A DNA stretch of 57,604 nucleotides from Candidatus Psychracetigena formicireducens (GCA_018725125.1 QLTW01000001.1:1-57604), one strand, 5' to 3'. Positions 28,830 through 38,639 are shown, counted from the stretch's first letter. Notes: generated by a model not told the origin, from the letters alone. Made by a program: numbers and translations.

Positions 28830-30560
28830 ATGTTATTCACAGAGTTTTCAACCTATCTACATGAGCTGGAACAAACAACTAAAAGAAACCAGATGGTAGA
28901 AATACTCAGCCAATTATTTAAAATTATTACTCCCGAGGAGATAGAAAAAGCTATTTATCTTTTGCAAGGAAGATTAGCTCCAGCATTTTTACCTTTAGAA
29001 ATAGGTGTATCCGACAAATTATGTATAAATGCTATCTCCAGTTTATTATCGGTACCAAAAACCAAGGTTAATGAATGGTACCAAGAAATAGGTGATTTAG
29101 GGGATGTAGCAGAAAAACATATTTCATCTCTTATAAATCAAATGTCAGTTTTAGATGTATATAATTCTTTATATCAGATGGCTCAAATCTCTGGAGAGGG
29201 AGCGGTCTCTAAAAAAGTTGAAATACTGAGTAGTTTATTAAGTAAAAACGGAGGTAAGGAAGCTAAGTACATAATCCGAATGGTTCTGGGCAGTTTAAGG
29301 TTAGGTGTAGGAGACCCCACTATTCTTGATGCTTTATCTTTTTCCTATACTGGAAATAAAAACTTAAGACCTCCTATTGAAAGAGCTTTTAACCTTTCTT
29401 CTGACTTAGGCCTGATAGCTAAAATGTTTATTTTGCATGGACCTGAAGGTCTTAAGAATTTTAAAGTATCGGTGGGCAATCCGATCCGCGTGGCTTTAGC
29501 TGAAAGACTCAGTAGTGGGGCAGAAATAGTTAATAAAATTGGTTTATGTTCTATTGAACCTAAATTTGATGGTTTTCGCTGCCAGGTTCATCTACAGGGA
29601 GGTAAAATTGAACTGTTTTCCAGAAACATGGAAAACAACACTTCTATGTTCCCTGACCTGGTAGAAGGTTTATTAGCACAGGTAAAAACAGATAGCTGTA
29701 TTTTAGAAGGAGAGGCTGTAGCTTATAACCCTGACTCAGGAGAGTTCTATCCATTTCAAATGACTGCTCAAAGAAAGAGGAAGTATAATATTGATGAAAT
29801 CTCAAGCAGGTTTCCTTTAAAACTATTCGCTTTTGACCTTTTGTATCTTAATGGTGAGGACATAACTGATAAAAGCTATGTGGAAAGACGCTCTCTTCTA
29901 TTGAAAACTATTTCTTCTGGTAAAACTGTGGAAGTAATACCGGCACTAACCACAGATCGCCCTGAAAAGATTGAAGAGTATCTGTTATCTTTATTGGAGC
30001 AAGGCCTGGAAGGTGTGGTAGCCAAAAGATTAGACACTCCATATACAGCAGGTGCCAGAAACTTCAACTGGATTAAACTTAAAAGAAGTTATAAAGCATC
30101 ATTAGGCGACACTATTGATGCCGTTTTACTTGGTTACTATAAAGGGAGGGGTTTAAGGACAAAGTTTGGAATTGGCGCCATGTTGGTGGGAGTTTATGAT
30201 GAGGATGAAGATAAGTTTAAAACTATTGGTAAAATCGGAACCGGTCCAACAGATAAAGAATGGGTATATTTCAAAGAAATGATGAATAAAGAGATTCTTA
30301 CTCATAAACATCCTCGAGTAGATGCAAACATTGAAGCAGATGTTTGGGTTGAACCAAAAACGGTGGTTGTGGTGCAAGCTGACGAAATAACCAGGAGCCC
30401 CGTTCATACCTGCGGCAAAACTGATACAGAAGCTGGATATGCTTTAAGATTTCCCCGGGTTTTAGGGCTTATAAGAGATGACAAAAAAGCTGAAGATGCT
30501 ACTTCAGTTTCTGAAATAAAAGAACTTTATCAACTTCAAAAAAGGATGTCTTTAAAATAG
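28830..30560 (+). CDS. lig: ATP-dependent DNA ligase, long form with N-terminal DNA-binding domain (archaeal/eukaryotic Lig1-like architecture)
   Basis: 576 aa with motif I EPKFDGFRCQVH, then EGEAVAY, EGVVAKR and the OB-domain LRFPRV motif. Starts 3 nt after the DUF458 gene. Confidence 0.85.
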   Translation: MLFTEFSTYLHELEQTTKRNQMVEILSQLFKIITPEEIEKAIYLLQGRLAPAFLPLEIGVSDKLCINAISSLLSVPKTKVNEWYQEIGDLGDVAEKHISSLINQMSVLDVYNSLYQMAQISGEGAVSKKVEILSSLLSKNGGKEAKYIIRMVLGSLRLGVGDPTILDALSFSYTGNKNLRPPIERAFNLSSDLGLIAKMFILHGPEGLKNFKVSVGNPIRVALAERLSSGAEIVNKIGLCSIEPKFDGFRCQVHLQGGKIELFSRNMENNTSMFPDLVEGLLAQVKTDSCILEGEAVAYNPDSGEFYPFQMTAQRKRKYNIDEISSRFPLKLFAFDLLYLNGEDITDKSYVERRSLLLKTISSGKTVEVIPALTTDRPEKIEEYLLSLLEQGLEGVVAKRLDTPYTAGARNFNWIKLKRSYKASLGDTIDAVLLGYYKGRGLRTKFGIGAMLVGVYDEDEDKFKTIGKIGTGPTDKEWVYFKEMMNKEILTHKHPRVDANIEADVWVEPKTVVVVQADEITRSPVHTCGKTDTEAGYALRFPRVLGLIRDDKKAEDATSVSEIKELYQLQKRMSLK

Positions 30561-31555
30561 GTTAGAAGATTTTCCTTATTCTTACGAAACCTGTCCCATT
30601 CAACTTCTTTTCTGACAATAGAACCAATAATAGTATCAATTCCTCTGCTTGCTGGTGTATAAACTCCCAACAGGTTCCCAAATTGAGCAACTTTACCAAA
30701 AAGATAAGGGGATTCAGTTTTACCTTTCCCGGAAAGTAAGTCCAACCTGATAGAGGTTTTTTTACTCCCCCTACCCTGGGAAAAACTTCGGTAAAATATC
30801 TTTTGAACAAGGCTTTCTCCCAAGAACGGAAGAATATTCATATACTTAACCGGGTATCCTGGTAAATTAACTAATGGTATTTTTAAAGCTTTAATAACCC
30901 ATAGAGTTTCTTTAAAAATACAATATTCAATGTGGAAGAGCTCCTTATCAGAAAATACCTCTGAAACATCTATATCAAGAATAGCTGAAGTTCCATTGCC
31001 CCAGATATTCAGAAGCAGCTTACTCCATTTTAATCTTTGAAAATTCTGATAAACAACTACCCGGTATCCTGCTTCCTGAAATATTCTCTTGGCCTTAGGA
31101 TTTAGAGTAGCGATTCCAATTCCTCCACGGGTTTCTTCCAAAAAAAGGTTGCCATTCTTTTGGCTCACTGAGGTAGTTATTGTTCCCCCGATAACCTGTT
31201 TTTCGCTAAAATAATTTTCCAGGTACTCTTCATTACCAATGCCATTTTGCAGCGATAAAATCATACTTGTAGGCAGGACAGCTTGATTTAATAGTCCAAT
31301 AATTACCGGGGTGTCATAAGATTTTACTGTAACAATAATTAGATCAAATTCATTAGTAATTTGCGAATTATATATGAACTTATCTGGTAAAATGGTTTCT
31401 ACCTGATCACTCTTAAAAAGAGAAACTTTAATCTTCTGAAGTTCTTTACCATCTCGTAAAGCAAAAAAAACATCATAGCCTGCTTTTTGCAGTCTTACCC
31501 CTATTGTGCAACCAATTGCTCCAGCACCAACTATTAATATTTTATAACTACCCAT
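30536..31555 (-). CDS. 2-dehydropantoate 2-reductase family oxidoreductase (ApbA/PanE-like)
   Basis: 339 aa with the ILIVGAGAIG Rossmann loop and the KWSKLLLN motif of the ApbA C-terminal domain. Confidence 0.7.
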   Translation of the reverse strand: MGSYKILIVGAGAIGCTIGVRLQKAGYDVFFALRDGKELQKIKVSLFKSDQVETILPDKFIYNSQITNEFDLIIVTVKSYDTPVIIGLLNQAVLPTSMILSLQNGIGNEEYLENYFSEKQVIGGTITTSVSQKNGNLFLEETRGGIGIATLNPKAKRIFQEAGYRVVVYQNFQRLKWSKLLLNIWGNGTSAILDIDVSEVFSDKELFHIEYCIFKETLWVIKALKIPLVNLPGYPVKYMNILPFLGESLVQKIFYRSFSQGRGSKKTSIRLDLLSGKGKTESPYLFGKVAQFGNLLGVYTPASRGIDTIIGSIVRKEVEWDRFRKNKENLLTYFKDILF

Positions 31556-31567
31556 TTCTCAGGAAAA

Positions 31568-32035
31568 TTATGTTTTATAATCTAAGTAGTACATTAAGCC
31601 AATCAGTGTTTTTCCATCCACAATAGATTTATTTTGTATTAAGTTTCTAATCTGGGTTTGTGGAATAAAGACCAACTCCTCAATCTCGGTAGTTTCCCCA
31701 ACTTTTTTTAAGTTTCTGGCGATAAAAACTGATAGTTTTTCTGAGGTATACCCTGGAGATGGAAAAAAAGATAACATAAATTCAAGCTCCTGAGCTAAAA
31801 AACCAGTTTCTTCTTTAAGTTCCCTCAAGGCCGTTTCTTCTTCGCTCTCACCTTTCTCCGTCCAACCTGCAGGCAACTCCAGCAAGCATTTTCCGATAGA
31901 TGGTCGGTAATGTTTTATCAACAAAACCTGGTTTTCCCACTCGGGGATAATAGCAACTGCTGAATTAAGGTTTACTATTTCCTGCCCTTCTTTTTTGACA
32001 ATCTGCAAAAACTTTCCAGTATAGATTTTTTTCAC
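31568..32035 (-). CDS. NUDIX hydrolase (ADP-ribose pyrophosphatase-like)
   Basis: 155 aa with the Nudix box GWTEKGESEEETALRELKEETGF. Confidence 0.8.
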   Translation of the reverse strand: MKKIYTGKFLQIVKKEGQEIVNLNSAVAIIPEWENQVLLIKHYRPSIGKCLLELPAGWTEKGESEEETALRELKEETGFLAQELEFMLSFFPSPGYTSEKLSVFIARNLKKVGETTEIEELVFIPQTQIRNLIQNKSIVDGKTLIGLMYYLDYKT

Positions 32036-32049
32036 TACCTTTTGCTATT

Positions 32050-32586
32050 TTAATCCCCTGAATTCCAGCCAGTATTTAAGGCTTTAATATTCGCTGCTAT
32101 TACCTTCTCTCCTCGGTGAGCGAAAATTACACTGATTACTTCTTTGACAGTATCTACAGACAGCAACGGGATTTCTTTTAATAACCTACCCAGTAGGACA
32201 ATGTTAGTTGCCCTTTCTTCGCCTGCTTCTCGGGCTAAAGTCAGGGCATCTATTTCTATAATTTTTATATCATCTCTTAAAGGTTTTCTGGTAGTTAAGG
32301 TTTTATTGATAATCAATAAACCACCTTTTTTAAGCCAAGGTTCAAATTTGTCCAGAGATGGTTGATTTAAAGCCACAACTATGTCTGGATCTATGGATAT
32401 AGGCGAAGCTATTTCTTCATCTCCTATTATGATGGTGCAATTTGCTGTCCCACCTCTTTGCTCAGGCCCATAGGCAGGAAACCAAACAGTGTGTTTATTT
32501 TCTTTTAATGCTCCTTGACTGAGAATTTCTCCAAAGATTAATACCCCCTGACCACCAAAACCTGATACGATTATTTCGTAATTCAC
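32050..32586 (-). CDS. 2-oxoacid:ferredoxin oxidoreductase gamma subunit
   Basis: 178 aa with the GFGGQGV motif. Last gene of a delta-alpha-beta-gamma set. Confidence 0.85.
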   Translation of the reverse strand: MNYEIIVSGFGGQGVLIFGEILSQGALKENKHTVWFPAYGPEQRGGTANCTIIIGDEEIASPISIDPDIVVALNQPSLDKFEPWLKKGGLLIINKTLTTRKPLRDDIKIIEIDALTLAREAGEERATNIVLLGRLLKEIPLLSVDTVKEVISVIFAHRGEKVIAANIKALNTGWNSGD

Positions 32587-33326
32587 TATTCTCCTCCTTT
32601 AAAAACACCTAAGGGGAACTCTGCTTCCATGTTTTCTTTAACAAATTTGATCGAGTCAGATACACTAACCCTCCAATTTATAGGGCAATTACTCAATAAC
32701 TCAACAATAGAAAAACCTTTTCCTTCCATCTGGTTTTTAAAGGCGGTTTTGATAGCTTTCCTGGCAGATATTATCTTCTTAGGATCGTAAACTGCGAATC
32801 TTCCTGAATAGGCGACACCCTTAAAGTTACTCATTAATTCAGCAATATGAAACGGATAACCATCAACAGCTATTTTTCTTCCATAGGGACTGGTGGTAGT
32901 TATTTGACCGAGTAAGGTTGTTGGAGCTAATTGACCGCCAGTCATACCATAATTAGCATTATTTACAAAGATTGAAGTGATGTTTTCTCCTCTATTGGCA
33001 GCATGAATAATTTCTGCTAAACCAATTGATGCTAAATCACCATCACCCTGATAGGTAAAAACTATTCTATCAGAGGGTAAAGATCGTTTTATTCCTGTAG
33101 CTGCAGCTGGAGCTCTTCCATGAGGGGTTACCACAAAATCAAGTTTGAAATATGCATATATAAAAACAGAACAACCAATCGGTGCTACGCCAATTGTTTT
33201 TCCTCGTATCCCAAGCTCATCAATAACTTCACCAATTAAGCGGTGGATTATTCCGTGATGACAACCAGGGCAATAATGAGTTATTCTATCTTCCATAGAT
33301 TGAGGTCGTAAATATACTGGTTTCAT
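32586..33326 (-). CDS. 2-oxoacid:ferredoxin oxidoreductase beta subunit (TPP-binding)
   Basis: 246 aa with the CPGCHHG cluster ligand region and GDGD TPP motif. Confidence 0.85.
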   Translation of the reverse strand: MKPVYLRPQSMEDRITHYCPGCHHGIIHRLIGEVIDELGIRGKTIGVAPIGCSVFIYAYFKLDFVVTPHGRAPAAATGIKRSLPSDRIVFTYQGDGDLASIGLAEIIHAANRGENITSIFVNNANYGMTGGQLAPTTLLGQITTTSPYGRKIAVDGYPFHIAELMSNFKGVAYSGRFAVYDPKKIISARKAIKTAFKNQMEGKGFSIVELLSNCPINWRVSVSDSIKFVKENMEAEFPLGVFKGGE

Positions 33327-33336
33327 TAAATCCTCC

Positions 33337-34404
33337 TTATGACAAAAGCATGGATAAACATTGTTTTACTTTTTCAGTAATATCCCTGGGCGAGGGAACC
33401 ATTCCACCAGGTCGTCCATAAAAGAATACCGGCCTTCTATCTCCAACCGCCAAACGGACATCCTCAACCATTTGACCTGCACTCATCTCCACAACCATAA
33501 AAGCTTCTACCTGAGGAACCAGCTGGGTAATAACTCCATAAGGAAAGGGCCAGAGAGAGATAGGCCTAATTAAGCCTACAGGAATGTTTTCTTCTCTTAA
33601 AGCTTTAACAGTTGATTTGGCTATTCTGCCAATAGTCCCATAAGCGACAATAACAAACTCAGCATCATCAGTTGCATATTCTTCATATTTTACCTCATCT
33701 TCCGATATTTTCTGAAATTTCTTTTGTAATTCCCAGTTAATATTTTCCAGTATTTTTGGATCCATCTCAAAAGACATAATTATATTCTTTTCTCTATTTA
33801 AAGCTCCGGTAAGAGCCCAGGGTTTTTCTGGAAGAGTGTTCAATTTTCTCATCTCAGGGAATATTACCGGTTCCATCATCTGGCCCAAAGCTCCATCAGT
33901 AAGTAACACTACTGGGTTTCTGTATTTGTCAGCCAGATCAAAAGAGTGATAGGTTAATTCAACTAACTCCTGAACAGTTGAGGGTCCAAATACGATAGTT
34001 TTATAATCTCCGTGACCCCCACCTTTAGTTGCCTGAAAATAATCAGATTGAGCTGGAGCAATATTGCCTAAGCCGGGTCCGCCTCTTACCACATTGGCTA
34101 CAACGCAGGGAAGCTCCATACCTACCAGATAGGACATGCCTTCCATCATCAAACTAAATCCTGGACTTGAGGTTGTGGTCATCACCCTGGCTCCTGCTGC
34201 TGAAGCACCCATAACCATGTTAATGGCGGCTATTTCGCTTTCCGCCTGTAAAAATATTCCTTCAACCTGGGGAAGCCTTCTTGACATATATTCTGGGGTT
34301 TCATTTTGGGGTGTAATGGGATAACCAAAAAACATTCTACAACCTGCTCTAATAGCAGATTCGGCAATGGCTTCTACCCCTTTAATAAGGACTTTTTCGC
34401 CCAT
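33337..34404 (-). CDS. 2-oxoacid:ferredoxin oxidoreductase alpha subunit
   Basis: 355 aa with the typical POR/KOR/VOR alpha N-terminus (GVEAIAESAIRAGCRMFFGYPITPQ). Confidence 0.85.
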   Translation of the reverse strand: MGEKVLIKGVEAIAESAIRAGCRMFFGYPITPQNETPEYMSRRLPQVEGIFLQAESEIAAINMVMGASAAGARVMTTTSSPGFSLMMEGMSYLVGMELPCVVANVVRGGPGLGNIAPAQSDYFQATKGGGHGDYKTIVFGPSTVQELVELTYHSFDLADKYRNPVVLLTDGALGQMMEPVIFPEMRKLNTLPEKPWALTGALNREKNIIMSFEMDPKILENINWELQKKFQKISEDEVKYEEYATDDAEFVIVAYGTIGRIAKSTVKALREENIPVGLIRPISLWPFPYGVITQLVPQVEAFMVVEMSAGQMVEDVRLAVGDRRPVFFYGRPGGMVPSPRDITEKVKQCLSMLLS

Positions 34405-34407
34405 ATC

Positions 34408-34632
34408 TCACTCTCCTTTTTTCTTTTCAGGCTTATACACATCTATAACCAGGTCGGGGCAAACTAAATAGCAAAAACCACAAGTTATACACCCCTCTTC
34501 ATCAACCAACTCAATAGAGTTATAACCCTTAGAATTTACCCTGTTTGATAAGCCCAGAACTTTTGGTGGGCAGTGTTCAATGCATATCCCACAAGCCTTA
34601 CAAAATTCTTCTCTAATAACTAACTTTGACAT
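34408..34632 (-). CDS. 2-oxoacid:ferredoxin oxidoreductase delta subunit (2x[4Fe-4S] ferredoxin)
   Basis: 74 aa with two Cys clusters, CKACGICIEHCP and CITCGFCYLVCP. Confidence 0.8.
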   Translation of the reverse strand: MSKLVIREEFCKACGICIEHCPPKVLGLSNRVNSKGYNSIELVDEEGCITCGFCYLVCPDLVIDVYKPEKKKGE

Positions 34633-34653
34633 TTAATAATTCCTCCACTAATT

Positions 34654-35721
34654 TTAAACATACTTTTTAGTTTCCTCTTCACCCCTTAATACTCTCAAAA
34701 CACCCTCAGCCAGGGCTTTCATCTCATCCTCCCCACTATATACAATAACATTAGAGATATAAGATACTCTATCTTTAATATTATCAACTACGTATTTTGA
34801 CCTGGATAATCCACCAGTTAAAATAACTGCATCTACTTTTCCTTTAAGTACAGTAGCCATGCATCCGATTTCTTTAGCCACTTGATAAATCATCCCATCA
34901 TAAATAAGCTGCGCAGTAGAATCTCCTTTATTAATCCTGCTTTCAACCTCCTGCGCATTGTTAGTTTGTAGGTAGGCTACCAAGCCTCCCTGCCCGGTAA
35001 TTTTCTTTAATACATCACTTTTATCATACTGACCTGAAAAGCAAAGTCTCACTAGGTCACCAACAGGTAACCCACCACTTCTTTCTGGGGTAAATGGTCC
35101 ATCTCCATCAAGAGCGTTATTAACATCTATGACTTTTCCCTGGCAATGCGCTCCCACAGAAATACCACCTCCCAGATGAGCTATAACTAAGTTAACCTCC
35201 TTATACTCTTTTCCCAAAAGATGAGCTGCTCTCCTACCTGTGGCTTTCTGATTTAAAGCATGAAAAATACTACGACGCTGGATTTCCGGAAAACCTGAAA
35301 TGCGGGCTAATTCATCAAGTTCGTCCACTACCACAGGGTCCACTATATATGCTGGAATGCCCACTTCAGATGCGAATATATGCCCAAGAATACCACCCAG
35401 ATTAGAAGGATGTTCTCCTTGAAGTCCTACTTTTAAATCGTCAAGCATTTTTTCATTAACCAGGTATGTTCCACCTGACACCGGTTTAATTAAGCCGCCA
35501 ACTCCTACAACCGCAGAAAATCCAGCAAGGCAAAACGAGTGTTCTTCTAAAAATGACCTGACAAGGTTGAGCCTAAAATCAATTTGATCAATAACCCTAA
35601 CATACTCTTTAAGTTCATCGGAGCTATGTCGATAGGTTTTTAAAGCTACCCCATCTTCATCTTCAAATATTGCTACTTTGGTTGAGGTTGATCCCGGATT
35701 GATAACTAAAATTAAATGCAT
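34654..35721 (-). CDS. buk: Butyrate (branched-chain acyl) kinase
   Basis: 355 aa with the ILVINPGSTSTK N-terminus of the acetate/butyrate kinase family. Adjacent to ptb. Confidence 0.9.
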   Translation of the reverse strand: MHLILVINPGSTSTKVAIFEDEDGVALKTYRHSSDELKEYVRVIDQIDFRLNLVRSFLEEHSFCLAGFSAVVGVGGLIKPVSGGTYLVNEKMLDDLKVGLQGEHPSNLGGILGHIFASEVGIPAYIVDPVVVDELDELARISGFPEIQRRSIFHALNQKATGRRAAHLLGKEYKEVNLVIAHLGGGISVGAHCQGKVIDVNNALDGDGPFTPERSGGLPVGDLVRLCFSGQYDKSDVLKKITGQGGLVAYLQTNNAQEVESRINKGDSTAQLIYDGMIYQVAKEIGCMATVLKGKVDAVILTGGLSRSKYVVDNIKDRVSYISNVIVYSGEDEMKALAEGVLRVLRGEEETKKYV

Positions 35722-36623
35722 TATGCCTCCTTTCGGTTACTGGATAAGAGTAAGGTTAAGGCTATGGAAGCTAATTTACCGGAAGCTGGATCAGTTCGTG
35801 AAGGTAAAATGATTGGTTTGGTTGTTCCTAATACTACTCCCGCCATTAGGCTTTGAGCCAGGTAGCTAAAAGACTTCCCCAAAATATTCCCCGCTTCAAT
35901 ATCAGGTACCAGCAGTATGTCTGCTTCTCCAGCCACCATACTGGTTATACCTTTATGCAGAGCAGCCTCTCTGGAGATAGCTCCATCAAGAGCTAAGGGT
36001 CCATCAATCAAACAACCCTTAATTTGACCTCGCTTATTCATCTGGGTAAGTATAGCTGCCTCCATGGTAGCTGGCATATTTTCAGATACGGTTTCTACTG
36101 CAGCCAGAACGGCCACTTTAGGTGTTTCTATCTCTAAGACCCTGGCTACCTCAAGAGCATTATTAATAATCTCCACTTTTTCTTTTAGAGTGGGGGCGAC
36201 ATTCATCCCCCCATCGGATAAAATTATTAACCTGTTTAAAGCAGGGATTTCAAAAACAGCTACATGAGATAGAAGTTTATTGGTGCGAAGACCACTATCT
36301 TTATCAAGCACAGCCTTAAGTAAGGAAGAGGTGGAAATATTTCCCTTCATAAGCACATCTGCCTTTCCCTTCTTTATGATGGAAACGGCATTAATAGCTT
36401 CTAAACCAGGTAAAGAACTATAAATTTCACAGTTGCTTAAATTGTAATTTAATATTAAATCATTAATTTTTTCCTTGTTACCAACTAAAACAGAGGATAA
36501 AGAGAAGTGGTCATTTGCTTGTTTAATTGCTTTGAGGACATCTGGGTCTTCTCCACCAGCAACCACTACTGTAACCTGTCTATTTGTGCATTTGTTAAGT
36601 AACTCTTGAAAACTATTAATCAT
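35721..36623 (-). CDS. ptb: Phosphate butyryltransferase (copy 1)
   Basis: 300 aa of the PTA_PTB family. The central 103 aa are identical to copy 2. Confidence 0.9.
   Translation of the reverse strand: MINSFQELLNKCTNRQVTVVVAGGEDPDVLKAIKQANDHFSLSSVLVGNKEKINDLILNYNLSNCEIYSSLPGLEAINAVSIIKKGKADVLMKGNISTSSLLKAVLDKDSGLRTNKLLSHVAVFEIPALNRLIILSDGGMNVAPTLKEKVEIINNALEVARVLEIETPKVAVLAAVETVSENMPATMEAAILTQMNKRGQIKGCLIDGPLALDGAISREAALHKGITSMVAGEADILLVPDIEAGNILGKSFSYLAQSLMAGVVLGTTKPIILPSRTDPASGKLASIALTLLLSSNRKEA
35886..36196. repeat. 311-bp tract identical to 36781-37091 (inside ptb copy 1)
   Basis: A base-by-base comparison of the two stretches shows no mismatch. The flanks diverge immediately. Confidence 0.95.
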
Positions 36624-37530
36624 TCCCTCCCCCTGTACTAAGGAGCACAGTTAAAGCAATTGAATATATCTTGGAAGCAAGAGAATCTGTTCTGGAAGTT
36701 AATACCAGGGGTCTTTTACCCCCTAAAATTACCCCCGCAGTTTCCCCTCCTGCAACATAGATAAGAGCTTTGTAAAGTACATTCCCCGCTTCAATATCAG
36801 GTACCAGCAGTATGTCTGCTTCTCCAGCCACCATACTGGTTATACCTTTATGCAGAGCAGCCTCTCTGGAGATAGCTCCATCAAGAGCTAAGGGTCCATC
36901 AATCAAACAACCCTTAATTTGACCTCGCTTATTCATCTGGGTAAGTATAGCTGCCTCCATGGTAGCTGGCATATTTTCAGATACGGTTTCTACTGCAGCC
37001 AGAACGGCCACTTTAGGTGTTTCTATCTCTAAGACCCTGGCTACCTCAAGAGCATTATTAATAATCTCCACTTTTTCTTTTAGAGTGGGGGTAATATTCA
37101 TAGCAGCATCGGTTATTATTAATAATCTTGAGAGAGTTGGCACCTGAAATATACCCACATGAGAAAAAAGCTTTAGAGTTCGTAAACCATATTCCTTATC
37201 CAGCACCGCTTTTAAAAAAATTGAGGAATGAACATTCCCTTTCATAGGAATATCTGCCTTATTAGACACTACCAAGGAAACTGCTTGTTTTACTTTTTCC
37301 TCAGGCGTGAGGGCTTTAATAATTTCAAAACCTTGTATATCTATGTTATTTTCCCGGGCTATTTTCTTAATTTCAGGGGGGTTACCAACCAAAAATCCCT
37401 CAATAAACCCATAATTTTTAGCTGCTGAGACAGCCATTAGAACTGTGCTATCTTCAGCTCCAGCAACTGATATAAATAATTTCTTTCTTAATTTGGCTTT
37501 AACTACTAACTCTTCCAGCGACCTAATCAA
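36616..37530 (-). CDS. ptb: Phosphate butyryltransferase (copy 2)
   Basis: 304 aa of the PTA_PTB family. Its N- and C-terminal parts diverge from copy 1. Confidence 0.9.
   Translation of the reverse strand: MIRSLEELVVKAKLRKKLFISVAGAEDSTVLMAVSAAKNYGFIEGFLVGNPPEIKKIARENNIDIQGFEIIKALTPEEKVKQAVSLVVSNKADIPMKGNVHSSIFLKAVLDKEYGLRTLKLFSHVGIFQVPTLSRLLIITDAAMNITPTLKEKVEIINNALEVARVLEIETPKVAVLAAVETVSENMPATMEAAILTQMNKRGQIKGCLIDGPLALDGAISREAALHKGITSMVAGEADILLVPDIEAGNVLYKALIYVAGGETAGVILGGKRPLVLTSRTDSLASKIYSIALTVLLSTGGGND
36781..37091. repeat. 311-bp tract identical to 35886-36196 (inside ptb copy 2)
   Basis: Same comparison as above, with an offset of exactly 895 bp. Confidence 0.95.
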
Positions 37531-37536
37531 GATTTA

Positions 37537-38637
37537 TCACTCCCTTTTACAATCTTTATATATTTTTATCTCTTCTTCTTTCCTCAACACCCTTAAGGCG
37601 CTCTGGGCAAGAGCTAACATTTCTTCTTCACCTGGATAAACAAAAATCTTACCTAAAAAAGAAATCCTTTCTTTTAGACTATTTACCAATAATGCTGAAC
37701 GGCTCATTCCACCGGTAATTATAATTCCTTCATATTTACCTTTTACTACTGTACACATAGCCCCTATTTCTTTAGCAATTTGATAAACCATTGCTTCAAA
37801 CACCAGCTTTGCATAGTCGTCTCCCTCAGAGATTTTATTTTCTACCATAGTTAGGTCTTTGGTTCCCAGGTAAGCAAAAATACCACCTTTCATAGTTACC
37901 ATATTAATTAATTCCTCACGAGAGTATTTCCCGGAAAAACAGAGGTCTATCAGCGAAACTGTAGGAAGAGATCCAGCCCTATCAATGGAAAATGGTCCCC
38001 CTTCATTAGCATTGTTAACATCAATAATTCTTCCTCCTACCATGGGAGAAATTGATATTCCACTACCCAGGTTAACCACAATAAAGGTTGAGTTGAAATA
38101 ATTAAGATTCAAATCTTTTACTAACTGCCTGACCACAGCTTTCATGTTCAAAGCATGGGATAAGCATTTTCTTTTTATTTCAGGAAGCCCGGAAAGGTAA
38201 GCTAAAGGTTCAAATTCATCTACTGATACTGGATCAGTAATGAGCGGCAGGGAGCTTCCTCCTTTAGACAGAGATTCTTGAGCTAAAATAGCCACTATGA
38301 GACCTGCTAAGTTTGAGGGATGGTCGGCTTGCACCTGGTGCTTTAAATCTTCTACCATCTCTTTATCTACCAGGTAAGTTCCACCCGGTAAGGGAGGTAA
38401 AACCCCACCTCTTCCTACAAAAGCAGATACTTCTTCAAGTTTAATATTATGTTTACCAATAAATGCCTTTATATGATTTAATCTATAATCCATTTGACTA
38501 AATGAATTTGGGAAAGCTAATAAATCTTCAGTTTTATGATATAAAGTTTCAAAAACAACCTCTTTTTCATCAATAAAATAGGATATCTTAGTAGAAGTTG
38601 ACCCAGGATTAACTACTAATATCTTATACATATACAT
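37537..38637 (-). CDS. buk: Butyrate (branched-chain acyl) kinase, second paralog
   Basis: 366 aa with ILVVNPGSTSTK. The start could instead be the third codon, ATG 38631. Confidence 0.9.
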   Translation of the reverse strand: MYMYKILVVNPGSTSTKISYFIDEKEVVFETLYHKTEDLLAFPNSFSQMDYRLNHIKAFIGKHNIKLEEVSAFVGRGGVLPPLPGGTYLVDKEMVEDLKHQVQADHPSNLAGLIVAILAQESLSKGGSSLPLITDPVSVDEFEPLAYLSGLPEIKRKCLSHALNMKAVVRQLVKDLNLNYFNSTFIVVNLGSGISISPMVGGRIIDVNNANEGGPFSIDRAGSLPTVSLIDLCFSGKYSREELINMVTMKGGIFAYLGTKDLTMVENKISEGDDYAKLVFEAMVYQIAKEIGAMCTVVKGKYEGIIITGGMSRSALLVNSLKERISFLGKIFVYPGEEEMLALAQSALRVLRKEEEIKIYKDCKRE

Positions 38638-38639
38638 AT

